DNA from: Bacteroidales bacterium
GTDB lineage: Bacteria; Bacteroidota; Bacteroidia; Bacteroidales; VadinHA17
Direction: 5' to 3'
Assembly (NCBI GenBank): GCA_025454795.1
Contig: JALONT010000007.1
Coordinates: forward strand, 550-64,549
Length of the DNA stretch: 64,000 nt
A program made the position numbers and the translations under genes. Of this stretch, positions 52,774 through 61,243 are shown piece by piece. Position 1 is the first letter of the stretch. The number at the start of each line of letters is the position of its first letter. The notes below the pieces were generated by a model. The model made no database searches. It was not told the origin of the DNA and saw nothing but the letters and a program-made list of their open reading frames with translations.

Positions 52774-52801
52774 AAATGAAAAACCGGGAGGGTGCCCGGT
52801 T
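52774..52801 (-). terminator. Orphan intrinsic terminator-like hairpin (minus strand)
   Basis: AACCGGG-AGGGTG-CCCGGTT, a 7-bp stem followed on the minus strand by UUUCAUUU. No annotated minus-strand gene lies upstream of it. Confidence 0.4.
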
Positions 52802-53031
52802 CTTCTGAGGTAGAATTTAGGTTAATTCTAGGGTAAAATTGGTTTTGGGGTAATAAAATTATCTTTTACACATAAATGATGAATAATTGACCTTACAGGT
52901 TGCGTTGGTGCATTAAAAAATATCAGGAATATGATAATTTATTTGTATAGATCTGAAGATTAGATGTTTAAAAATAGAATAAAATGTTAATAATTGAATA
53001 TCGACCATTAATCCCTTTTTAAAAATAGTAT

Positions 53032-53039
53032 TACTTTTG
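53032..53039 (+). promoter_or_regulatory. -7 box TACTTTTG for the TPR gene
   Basis: Exact TAnnTTTG, 19 nt upstream of ATG 53058. Confidence 0.45.
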
Positions 53040-53057
53040 TCTAATAATAATGGACCA

Positions 53058-54470
53058 ATGGAAGAGGATAGGTACGGTTTTTCTTTTGAGGATGAGATAA
53101 AGCAGGCTGTACAGAAATTTGAGAGAATGAAAAGGAATAATGAGAGTTATTTCTTTGATGTTATTGAATTTGAGTCGATTATTGATTTCTATATTGACAA
53201 CAATAATTCGATAAAGGCTTTTGAAGCGGCTACACTTGCTTCCCAACAGCATCCCAATTCGGTTTCAATTCAGCTCAGGAAAGCCAGGGTGCTGCTCGAT
53301 AAAGGCCGTGCAGTGGAAACACTGAAGATACTGAAGAAGCTTGAGAATATTGAACCGGGAAATCATGAGATATATATAGCAAAAGGAACAGCCATGGGTA
53401 TCCTGGGCGATATCCAGGGTGCAAAAAAAATGTTCGATTATGCACTTACTCTTGATACTGAAGAGGTTGAAAATGTCCTCTTTGCTATTGTGTCTGTCCT
53501 GCAAAATCTTAATTACTATGAACATCTTATCCCGTATCTTTTAAGATTAATTGAGAAGGAACCCGAATTCTATGCTCATCTTTATGATCTTGCTTACGCT
53601 CTTGAAAAAAAAGGGGATTATGAGAACAGCATTTCTAACTATCTGAGGTACCTCGATGAGGAACCATTTTCCGATAGCGCCTGGTATAACCTTGGTATTA
53701 TTTATAATAAGCTTGAGCAGGCAGAAAATGCCATGGAAGCATATGATTACGCTCTTGCGATAAATTCACAGAACACCTTTGCCCTATTCAATAAAGGTAA
53801 TATCCTCAGTAACCTTGAACGTTTTTTGGAGGCTATTCCGGTCTACCTCGAATATCTTGAAAATGAGACTGACAGTTTTGAGGCAATGACATATCTTGGG
53901 GAATGCTATGAAAAGATAGGAGAGTACCTTCTTTCAAAAAAATATTACCATGATGCCATCGAACTGGCCCCGGAATTTGCTGATCCATGGTTTGGTCTGG
54001 GGGTTGTAGAGCTTAACAGCGGAAATGTTGATGACAGCCTGATATTCTTCAGAAAAGCTGTCAAACTCGATGATGAAAATCCCGAATTCTGGTACCTGCT
54101 TGGAAAAGCCCATTACCTGAAAGGTGAGACCAAATCGGCATTAAGCTGTTTCAGGGAGGCTCTTAAATTAGATGCATACTATGATGAGGTTTGGCTTGAT
54201 CTTGGAAAGATCATTCTTAAGGAGAAACTTCCGCAAAAAGCAATACCATACCTTGAACATGCCTATAAAGTGACAGGTGATGTGCCGGGTATAAACTACC
54301 TGCTTGCTTCATTTTACCTTCAGACCGGTAATCAGGAAAAAACTTATAAACACCTCTCTCTTGCTATTGATATGGATAAGAATCTGTACACACAGTTTCA
54401 GGATTTTTTTCCAAAAGACCTTCTCACAAAGAAGATAAACAAACTTCTGGAGAAGAATGATCTCACCTGA
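53058..54470 (+). CDS. Tetratricopeptide-repeat protein
   Basis: Repeated 34-aa A/Y/L-pattern units throughout (e.g. AWYNLGIIYNKLEQAENAMEAYDYALAINS). The listed TTG start at 53037 lies inside the -7 box, so the ATG at 53058 is preferred. Confidence 0.8.
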   Translation: MEEDRYGFSFEDEIKQAVQKFERMKRNNESYFFDVIEFESIIDFYIDNNNSIKAFEAATLASQQHPNSVSIQLRKARVLLDKGRAVETLKILKKLENIEPGNHEIYIAKGTAMGILGDIQGAKKMFDYALTLDTEEVENVLFAIVSVLQNLNYYEHLIPYLLRLIEKEPEFYAHLYDLAYALEKKGDYENSISNYLRYLDEEPFSDSAWYNLGIIYNKLEQAENAMEAYDYALAINSQNTFALFNKGNILSNLERFLEAIPVYLEYLENETDSFEAMTYLGECYEKIGEYLLSKKYYHDAIELAPEFADPWFGLGVVELNSGNVDDSLIFFRKAVKLDDENPEFWYLLGKAHYLKGETKSALSCFREALKLDAYYDEVWLDLGKIILKEKLPQKAIPYLEHAYKVTGDVPGINYLLASFYLQTGNQEKTYKHLSLAIDMDKNLYTQFQDFFPKDLLTKKINKLLEKNDLT

Positions 54471-54494
54471 ATTATTTCTCCTTAAACTTCAAAC

Positions 54495-55268
54495 ATGATG
54501 AAGAATATTATTCCTTATTTACCTGAACGCCCTTCAAAACCAAGAAATTCAGGTCTTACGATGGTCATGGATAAAGGGCTCAGTGTCAGGGAAGCAGAAG
54601 ATTTTATGTCGGTAGGCAGCGAATATACTGATTTTGTGAAACTTGGCTTTGGGACTTCCCTCATTACCCCTGGTTTTGAAAAGAAAATTAAGATATACAG
54701 GAAAGCAGGCACAATTCCCTATCTGGGAGGAACCCTCTTTGAAGCATTTGTAATCAGAAATATGTTCAGGGAATACGTTGAATTTCTTGATAAGAATAAG
54801 ATTGAACTTGTCGAAGTCTCTGATGGAGCATACGATATCGAGCACTCGAGGAAGCTGGAGTATATCAGGACACTTGCAAAGCGCGGTACAGTGATCTCTG
54901 AAGTAGGATCAAAGAAAAAGGACGTAGTTTACTCTCCTGATGAATGGGTAGCAATGATGAAATCCGAACTTGACGCCGGATCATTAAAAGTTATTGCTGA
55001 AGCTCGTGAATCAGGAACAATTGGGATCTATAATGAAGACGGATCCATCAATAATGAGATTATAAAGGCAATATCTGAGCATGTAAAACTGGAAAATGTT
55101 ATCTGGGAAGCCCCGCTTAAATCACAGCAAACCTGGTTCATCAAACATTTCGGAGCCAATGTCAACCTCGGCAATATAGCACCTGGCGAAATCATTCCCC
55201 TGGAGACGCTTCGCCTGGGGCTCCGTGGTGATACTTTCTTTCAGTTTCTTCCTGATGCTCTTAAATGA
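54495..55268 (+). CDS. comA: (2R)-phospho-3-sulfolactate synthase (ComA family)
   Basis: RPSKPRNSGLTMVMDKG, VKLGFGTS, LGGTLFE, VEVSDG, SEVGSK, IAEARESG, WEAPLKSQQ and LETLRLGLRGDTF match the ComA family pattern. Confidence 0.8.
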   Translation: MMKNIIPYLPERPSKPRNSGLTMVMDKGLSVREAEDFMSVGSEYTDFVKLGFGTSLITPGFEKKIKIYRKAGTIPYLGGTLFEAFVIRNMFREYVEFLDKNKIELVEVSDGAYDIEHSRKLEYIRTLAKRGTVISEVGSKKKDVVYSPDEWVAMMKSELDAGSLKVIAEARESGTIGIYNEDGSINNEIIKAISEHVKLENVIWEAPLKSQQTWFIKHFGANVNLGNIAPGEIIPLETLRLGLRGDTFFQFLPDALK

Positions 55269-55317
55269 CATAGATCGTTGATTAGTTTCTCATTAAAACA
55301 ACAATAACATTATCCAA

Positions 55318-56070
55318 ATGAGAAAATATGGCCTTATCGGATTTCCTCTCGGTCACTCTTTCTCACAAAAATATTTTACCGAAAAATTTGCCAGGGAACA
55401 GATAAAAAATTGTTCCTATGAAAACTTTCCAATTGATTCTGTTGACCTGCTGCCGGAACTGATCAGGGATAATCCCGATCTTTGTGGTCTTAACGTCACT
55501 ATTCCTCATAAAACTAATATCTTGAAATATGTTGATGTAAAGGACCCTGCCGTAGTAGAGATTGGCGCAGCTAATGTTCTGAAAATTAAAAGGATTGAAG
55601 GTAAGTTGAAGATTTATGGTTACAACAGCGATGTTACCGGTATCTGTGATTCTGTAATGCCTTTCATTTCAGGAAATTTAAAAAATGCACTGATCCTTGG
55701 AACCGGAGGAAGTTCCAGAGCAGTCGCCTATAGCTTGAAAAAACTTGGACTCCATATCTCCGTTGTTTCCCGCAAAAGAAGCCCGGAACTGATAAATTAC
55801 CGGGACATTACTGCATCACTGCTTGAGAAAACTGATATAGTTATTAATACAACACCCCTTGGGATGTTCCCTGATATGACCTCAAGACCAGAAATAGATT
55901 ATGATCTGCTAAATGAAAACCATATTCTTTTCGACCTTGTTTACAATCCTGAAATGACCACATTCCTTAAAATGGGGAAGGAGAGAGGGTGCAAAATAAT
56001 TACAGGGCTTAAAATGCTGTATTCCCAGGCAGCAAGGTCCTGGGAGATCTGGAATAATGATGAATTCTAA
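55318..56070 (+). CDS. aroE: Shikimate dehydrogenase
   Basis: YGLIGFPLGHSFS, LNVTIPHK, GYNSD and ILGTGGSSRAV. Confidence 0.85.
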   Translation: MRKYGLIGFPLGHSFSQKYFTEKFAREQIKNCSYENFPIDSVDLLPELIRDNPDLCGLNVTIPHKTNILKYVDVKDPAVVEIGAANVLKIKRIEGKLKIYGYNSDVTGICDSVMPFISGNLKNALILGTGGSSRAVAYSLKKLGLHISVVSRKRSPELINYRDITASLLEKTDIVINTTPLGMFPDMTSRPEIDYDLLNENHILFDLVYNPEMTTFLKMGKERGCKIITGLKMLYSQAARSWEIWNNDEF

Positions 56071-56092
56071 CGGCGCGGTTAACTTTTATTCT

Positions 56093-56863
56093 TTATCCTG
56101 AAGAGAAAAGCTCATCAGGATACTCAATATTTAAGAGAAACAAACCTTTGGCTGGTGACGATTTACCTGCCCTGGAACGGTCTTTAGAAGTGATAACCTC
56201 TTCAAACTCTTTTAAGGTCATCTTCCCTGTTCCTATTTCAATCATTGTACCAACGATCGCTCTTACCATGTTTCTCAGAAACCTGTCAGCTTTAATCGTA
56301 AAGCCCAGTCTGTCATCAGCTTCTTCCCATACAGCGTAAAAGATCCTGCAAATATTGGTTTTGTTGTCGGAATGGAGCCTGCTGAAACTGGTGAAATCCG
56401 AGTAATTAATAAGCATACCGCAGGCTTCATTCATGGAGTTGACATCAATTTTCCCGTGAATAAACCAGGATGAGTCATCCCAGAACGGATTCTTGGTTCT
56501 TGAAATATTGTACCGGTAAGTCCTTGAAACAGCACTGAACCTGGCATGTGCATCAGGATTGACTTTTGAAAGTCTGGTTACAGCAATATCTTTCGGCAGA
56601 TACCGGTTTAACCTGTAAATAAGGTTCTTTTTGTATGGAAGGTCAGGTGAAACAGATTCGAAATGAGCACAGAATACTGATGCATGAACACCTGTATCTG
56701 TCCTTCCGGCACCAATAGTGGCAATTTTTTCGCTGAGAATAGTGCTCAGGGCTTCATCGAGGATCTTCTGAACTGTAATGGAATTGGGTTGCACCTGCCA
56801 TCCATGATAGGATGTACCTTTATATGAGAGAAATATGAAATATCGTGTTTTAATTGAATTCAT
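56093..56863 (-). CDS. truA: tRNA pseudouridine(38-40) synthase TruA
   Basis: RYFIFLSYKGTSYHGWQVQ and GAGRTDTGVHA (catalytic Asp). The start is ambiguous between ATG 56863 (MNSIKTRY) and ATG 56884. A TATATTTG box at 56868-56875 lies between them. Confidence 0.85.
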   Translation of the reverse strand: MNSIKTRYFIFLSYKGTSYHGWQVQPNSITVQKILDEALSTILSEKIATIGAGRTDTGVHASVFCAHFESVSPDLPYKKNLIYRLNRYLPKDIAVTRLSKVNPDAHARFSAVSRTYRYNISRTKNPFWDDSSWFIHGKIDVNSMNEACGMLINYSDFTSFSRLHSDNKTNICRIFYAVWEEADDRLGFTIKADRFLRNMVRAIVGTMIEIGTGKMTLKEFEEVITSKDRSRAGKSSPAKGLFLLNIEYPDELFSSG

Positions 56864-56867
56864 AACA

Positions 56868-56875
56868 CAAATATA
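56868..56875 (-). promoter_or_regulatory. -7 box TATATTTG immediately upstream of truA ATG 56863
   Basis: Exact TAnnTTTG on the minus strand. Only 4 nt separate the box from the ATG. Confidence 0.3.
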
Positions 56876-57039
56876 ACTAATCATAGAATATTAATTCATG
56901 GAGTAAAAATTGATAATTATTAAACTCATTTTGTTTGAAAACCGATCATTAAATGTATTTTTACCTCTGCCGAATAAGAAATTTTAACCTGTTTGAAAGA
57001 ACCAAAAAGAATGATTGATAAATTAAAAAACCTTAAACT

Positions 57040-58764
57040 ATGAGACTTGATCTGAGTTGGATAGATTATCTGATCATGATAATCTATTTTATTTTTGTGC
57101 TTGGTATTGGCTGGTTCCTGCGGAAGTTCATGAAGAATGCCAATGCTTTTCTTGAAGCCGGCCGTTCAATTCCGGCATGGGTTGCAGGTCTTGCCTTTAT
57201 CTCCACAAACCTAGGTGCACTTGAGGTTATGGGAATGACTGGTTCGGGGATGAAATACGGAATGCTCACTACTCATTTTTACTGGATAGGTGCAATCCCT
57301 GCAATGATCTTCCTTGCATTATTTATGATGCCTTTCTACTACGGGTCGAAGGCAAGATCGGTCCCGGAATTTCTAAAACTCAGGTATGATGAAAAAACCA
57401 GGGGACTCAATGCAATCCTTTTTGCAATAATGACAATTCTTGCATCAGGAATCTCTATGTATGCCCTCGCTATCCTGATGGAAAAAGTACTTGGATGGGA
57501 TTTTAATATGAGTCTCTGGGTGTCTGCTTTGATAGTCCTGGGTTATACATACCTCGGTGGCCTTTCATCAGCTATCTACAATGAGGTTCTACAATTTTTT
57601 ATTATTGTAATTGGTCTGTTACCTCTTGTATTTTTAAGTCTTAAGGATGTTGGCGGGTGGAGCGGACTGAAAGAGAGCCTTGCGCCAATTACGACATCAG
57701 GCGGATATGCTGCTGATACCTTTACTACAACATGGAAATATACCTCTGAAGCATCAGGAAATCCATTGGGAGTGGAGTGGTTTGGAATCCTCTTCGGCCT
57801 CGGTTTCGTTTTATCATTTGGTTACTGGTGTACAAACTTCCTTATTGTTCAGCGGGCTTTTGCGGCAGAATCAAAATCTGCAGCAAGAAAGGTTCCGCTG
57901 ATCGGGGCAATTCCAAAAATGTTCATCCCGTTTTTAATCATTGTGCCGGGTATTATAGCTATTGTCCTTTTCAATGATCCTGCAAAAGGTTTTACGTTGC
58001 CTCTGGATGCAGGCGGAAAACCGATTTATGACTATACTATTATCATGCTTCTGAAACAATACCTGCCTGCAGGAGTGCTTGGTCTTGGTATCACAGCACT
58101 GCTTGCATCATTTATGTCAGGTATGGCTGGCAATGTATCTGCTTTCAATACAGTATGGACTTACGATATATATCAGAGTTATATACGTAAACGTACAGGA
58201 GATGAAGAAGCTGACGGAAAACACTATCTGACTGTCGGTCGTATTGCAACTATTGCTGGTGTTCTTCTGAGTATAGCTGCTGCCTATATTGCGGGTAAGT
58301 TCGGCAATATCATGGACTTCCTGCAGACAATCTTTTCAATGATTAATGCACCGCTGTTTGCAGTTATCTTCCTTGGAATGTTCTGGAAACGAACTACCGG
58401 TCATGCTGCATTTACAGGACTTCTATCCGGATTTCTTCTGGCACTTCTTCATCATGGACTTACAGTACCGGCAGGCGCAACCACACTTGTGAAGGGAGGC
58501 TGGATCACAAACCTTCATACTTATCCTGTTGAAATGGCACAGAATTTCTGGACTGCGATCATTGCATTTACAGTAGCTACAACAGTGACAGTCGGACTGA
58601 CCCTTATCACTAAACGGCTCAAAACTGATGAAGAGCTATATGGTTTGGTTTATTCACTTACTCCGCGTACGCTGGCTGAGGAAGGTCCCTGGTACCAGCG
58701 CCCGGTTGGCCTGGCTATTATTGTTGGTGTAATTTGTGTTATTTTAAGTATTTTATTCTGGTAG
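57040..58764 (+). CDS. Sodium:solute symporter (SSF) family transporter
   Basis: About 13 TM helices, with SSF-type sequence (GRSIPAWVAGLAFISTNLGA, GGLSSAIYNEVLQ). Confidence 0.85.
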   Translation: MRLDLSWIDYLIMIIYFIFVLGIGWFLRKFMKNANAFLEAGRSIPAWVAGLAFISTNLGALEVMGMTGSGMKYGMLTTHFYWIGAIPAMIFLALFMMPFYYGSKARSVPEFLKLRYDEKTRGLNAILFAIMTILASGISMYALAILMEKVLGWDFNMSLWVSALIVLGYTYLGGLSSAIYNEVLQFFIIVIGLLPLVFLSLKDVGGWSGLKESLAPITTSGGYAADTFTTTWKYTSEASGNPLGVEWFGILFGLGFVLSFGYWCTNFLIVQRAFAAESKSAARKVPLIGAIPKMFIPFLIIVPGIIAIVLFNDPAKGFTLPLDAGGKPIYDYTIIMLLKQYLPAGVLGLGITALLASFMSGMAGNVSAFNTVWTYDIYQSYIRKRTGDEEADGKHYLTVGRIATIAGVLLSIAAAYIAGKFGNIMDFLQTIFSMINAPLFAVIFLGMFWKRTTGHAAFTGLLSGFLLALLHHGLTVPAGATTLVKGGWITNLHTYPVEMAQNFWTAIIAFTVATTVTVGLTLITKRLKTDEELYGLVYSLTPRTLAEEGPWYQRPVGLAIIVGVICVILSILFW

Positions 58765-58768
58765 GAGG
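58763..58768 (+). promoter_or_regulatory. Shine-Dalgarno-like AGGAGG, 8-nt spacer to ATG 58777
   Basis: Read directly. It overlaps the symporter stop codon. Confidence 0.45.
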
Positions 58769-58776
58769 AAATTAAA

Positions 58777-58977
58777 ATGGTAGATATAAGAATTCCCATA
58801 GGTATGATGTTTACGATACTGGGAGTATTAATAACAGTTTTCGGCTTTATAACAACTTCAAATGCTGGAATGTATCAGAAGTCCCTCAATATTAATGTTA
58901 ATATTATTATGGGCATTCTGATGCTGATATTTGGACTGATAATGCTCTTCTTTGCTTTTAAAAAGAAAAAAGCTTAG
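58777..58977 (+). CDS. Small 2-TM membrane protein (66 aa) coupled to the symporter gene
   Basis: Two hydrophobic helices, a canonical SD, and a 12-nt gap to the upstream gene. Confidence 0.55.
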   Translation: MVDIRIPIGMMFTILGVLITVFGFITTSNAGMYQKSLNINVNIIMGILMLIFGLIMLFFAFKKKKA

Positions 58978-58998
58978 TACTATTGTAATTATTACTCA

Positions 58999-59081
58999 AA
59001 CCGCAAAGAACGCAAAGCACACGCAAAGCCAATAAAACTGAATCTTTGCGACCTTGCTTCATCTTTACGAACTTTGCGGTT
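58999..59081. repeat. 83-nt imperfect hairpin built from periodic CGCAAAG / CTTTGCG units
   Basis: The outer stem is AACCGCAAAG / CTTTGCGGTT (10 bp). The middle stem is CGCAAAG / CTTTACG (1 mismatch). The inner stem is CGCAAAG / CTTTGCG (7 bp) with a 15-nt loop. The element ends 12 nt before the ltaE ATG. Confidence 0.8.
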
Positions 59082-59093
59082 AATTATTTTCAT

Positions 59094-60134
59094 ATGGGAA
59101 AAAAATCAATAAAGAGAGGCTTTGCAAGCGATAATAATGCCGGCGTCCATCCTGAAATACTGAAGGAGCTTGAGCTTATTAATATGGGACACGTTCTGGG
59201 ATATGGTGGTGATATATATACAAAAAGGGCAGAGAATTTATTTAAAGAACATTTTGGAAAAGATGCCGAGGTATTCTTCGTTTTTAACGGTACTGCTGCC
59301 AATGTCCTGGGATTAAGCAGTATAACAAGATCATGGAATTCGGTAATTACGGCAGATACTGCTCATCTTGAGTCAGATGAATGCGGAGCTCCTGAGAAAT
59401 TCACTGGATGTAAAGTGCTCACCGCTGATACACCTGATGGTAAAATTACAGTAGCCCTTATTGCAAAACATATGCATGGCTTTGATTTTGAACATCATGC
59501 TCAACCTAAGGTGATCTCAATAACCCAGTCAACTGAGATGGGCACAGTCTATACCGTCTCCGAGATCAGAAAACTGGCGGATTTTGCTCATTCTAAAGGA
59601 TTACTTCTTCATATGGATGGTGCCAGGCTTGCAAATGCAGCTGTCTCCCTTAATCTTCCCTTTAAAACATTTACTACCGATGCTGGTGTTGATGTACTTT
59701 CATTCGGAGGGACAAAGAACGGAATGATGGTTGGTGAGGCCGTTTGTATTTTAAGACCCGGACTCTCTGAGAATTTTAAATACATCAGGAAGCAGGGAAT
59801 GCAGCTTGCTTCGAAAATGAGATTTATCTCAGCACAGTTCATAGCATATTTCAGGAATGACCTCTGGAAAAGAAATGCATCTCATTCAAATATGATGGCA
59901 TCATTCCTTGCAAAAAAACTCACAGGTATCAATAATATTCAGATCACGCAGCAGGTACAGTCAAATGGTGTATTTGTCATTATTCCCCATAATGTAGCTG
60001 AAAAAGTGCGGAGTCACTACTTTTTCTATCCCTGGAATGAAACGAAATCTGAATACCGGCTTATGACCAGCTGGGATACTACTGAAGAGGATATAGAGGA
60101 GTTTGTGAAGCTATTGAAGAAAGAGTTGAATTAA
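59094..60134 (+). CDS. ltaE: Low-specificity threonine aldolase (beta-eliminating lyase family)
   Basis: FASDNNAGVHPEIL, HMDGARLANA and SFGGTKNG (PLP lysine region). The ATG at 59094 is preferred over the listed TTG at 59046, which reads through the hairpin. Confidence 0.8.
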   Translation: MGKKSIKRGFASDNNAGVHPEILKELELINMGHVLGYGGDIYTKRAENLFKEHFGKDAEVFFVFNGTAANVLGLSSITRSWNSVITADTAHLESDECGAPEKFTGCKVLTADTPDGKITVALIAKHMHGFDFEHHAQPKVISITQSTEMGTVYTVSEIRKLADFAHSKGLLLHMDGARLANAAVSLNLPFKTFTTDAGVDVLSFGGTKNGMMVGEAVCILRPGLSENFKYIRKQGMQLASKMRFISAQFIAYFRNDLWKRNASHSNMMASFLAKKLTGINNIQITQQVQSNGVFVIIPHNVAEKVRSHYFFYPWNETKSEYRLMTSWDTTEEDIEEFVKLLKKELN

Positions 60135-60154
60135 GAATCCTCTCACGCCTCAAT

Positions 60155-60354
60155 CTACCCTATATACACATCTTTTTTGTTTTCCTTTAAGATGTTTCTT
60201 AACCACGGGGTTTCACTGTTTATAATACCGTGGGACTCCGTGTTTAATTTCTTTACTCCGTGTAACTCAGTGGTTAATAATATTATAACAGATTTTTTAT
60301 AAGCCTTCTATAATTTTAAAACATCATATTCTGATAGATGTGTATAAAGAGTAG
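60155..60354. mobile_element. 200-bp MITE-like non-autonomous element with 19-bp terminal inverted repeats and a 9-bp target-site duplication
   Basis: The left TIR is CTACCCTATATACACATCT (60155-73). The right TIR is AGATGTGTATAAAGAGTAG (60336-54), a 17/19 match. An identical CGCCTCAAT flanks both ends (60146-54 and 60355-63). There is no ORF inside. An internal hairpin runs from TTAACCAC (60199-206) to GTGGTTAA (60270-277). Confidence 0.55.
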
Positions 60355-60363
60355 CGCCTCAAT

Positions 60364-60382
60364 GGGAGGGGATGTGGGGCCT
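60364..60382. repeat. Inverted copy of the GC-rich 20-mer seen at 13651-13670
   Basis: The reverse complement AGGCCCCACATCCCCTCCC equals 13651-13670 except for one missing A. Confidence 0.8.
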
Positions 60383-60391
60383 GTTCAACAT

Positions 60392-60425
60392 AAAAAAAGA
60401 CCGGATCGAAAATCCGGCCTTTTTA
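60392..60425. terminator. Bidirectional intrinsic terminator between ltaE and tonB
   Basis: A7 - CCGGAT CGAAA ATCCGG - CC T5. Confidence 0.6.
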
Positions 60426-60444
60426 TATAATCAATAAAATGATT

Positions 60445-61224
60445 TTACTTAAGCGTGAAGGTAATTGGCACCATGTACCATACTGGAACGGGTTTCCCGC
60501 CCTGTTTACCCGGCTTAAATGGAGGAAGTGAATTCACTACTCTTACAGCTTCTGCGTCAAGCTCAGGATCAACGCCTTTCAGGATGTTTACCTGGTTTAC
60601 AGCACCTTTGGAAGTAACACAGAACCTTACAATAACTCTACCCTGAATGTTATTTTCTTTTGCAACCTCAGGATATTGTGTGTGTTCAGCAATGTATTTC
60701 AGAAGTTCAGCATCTCCACCCGGGAACATCGGCATTTCTTCCACGACCACAAATGGTTCGGGTTCAGCTTCTTCCTGTACCTCTTCTTTTACTTCTTCCT
60801 GAATTTCAACACCTACATCGGTATTCTGAACTTCAACCTGAGCCTGATCTGAAGTCATGAGCTGTGCTGCCTCTTCCGGCTTCACAGAGTCAACAACAAT
60901 AGGAGGAACATATTTAGCCTGCTGAGCTGCTTCAGCCGGAGGAGGCGGAGGCGGAGGAGGAGGAGCAACCTGTTCATTTGGCTGATCCAAATTCTCCATC
61001 TTAATCTCTACCTGCCTTTCGGCACGCTTCTTACTGTTCTCCAGTGCCTTTGCATTAATGTATGGAGTTATAACAGCTGTACCCAAAATAATAATTCCAA
61101 TCACCATGGAAATAAGTACATTTCTATTGTACTTTTTCCTCAGACTGTATGCTCCGTACTCTTTATTTCTTATCTCAAATACGATATCATCAAAGGCTGG
61201 AGCTTTAATCTTTTCTTTTGCCAT
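60445..61224 (-). CDS. tonB: Energy transducer TonB
   Basis: N-terminal TM, a P9 proline-rich linker, and a C-terminal TonB domain (PMFPGGDAEL..YP..A....IQGRV.V.F.V...G). Confidence 0.85.
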   Translation of the reverse strand: MAKEKIKAPAFDDIVFEIRNKEYGAYSLRKKYNRNVLISMVIGIIILGTAVITPYINAKALENSKKRAERQVEIKMENLDQPNEQVAPPPPPPPPPAEAAQQAKYVPPIVVDSVKPEEAAQLMTSDQAQVEVQNTDVGVEIQEEVKEEVQEEAEPEPFVVVEEMPMFPGGDAELLKYIAEHTQYPEVAKENNIQGRVIVRFCVTSKGAVNQVNILKGVDPELDAEAVRVVNSLPPFKPGKQGGKPVPVWYMVPITFTLK

Positions 61225-61243
61225 CTTGTTTTGGATTTACAGG

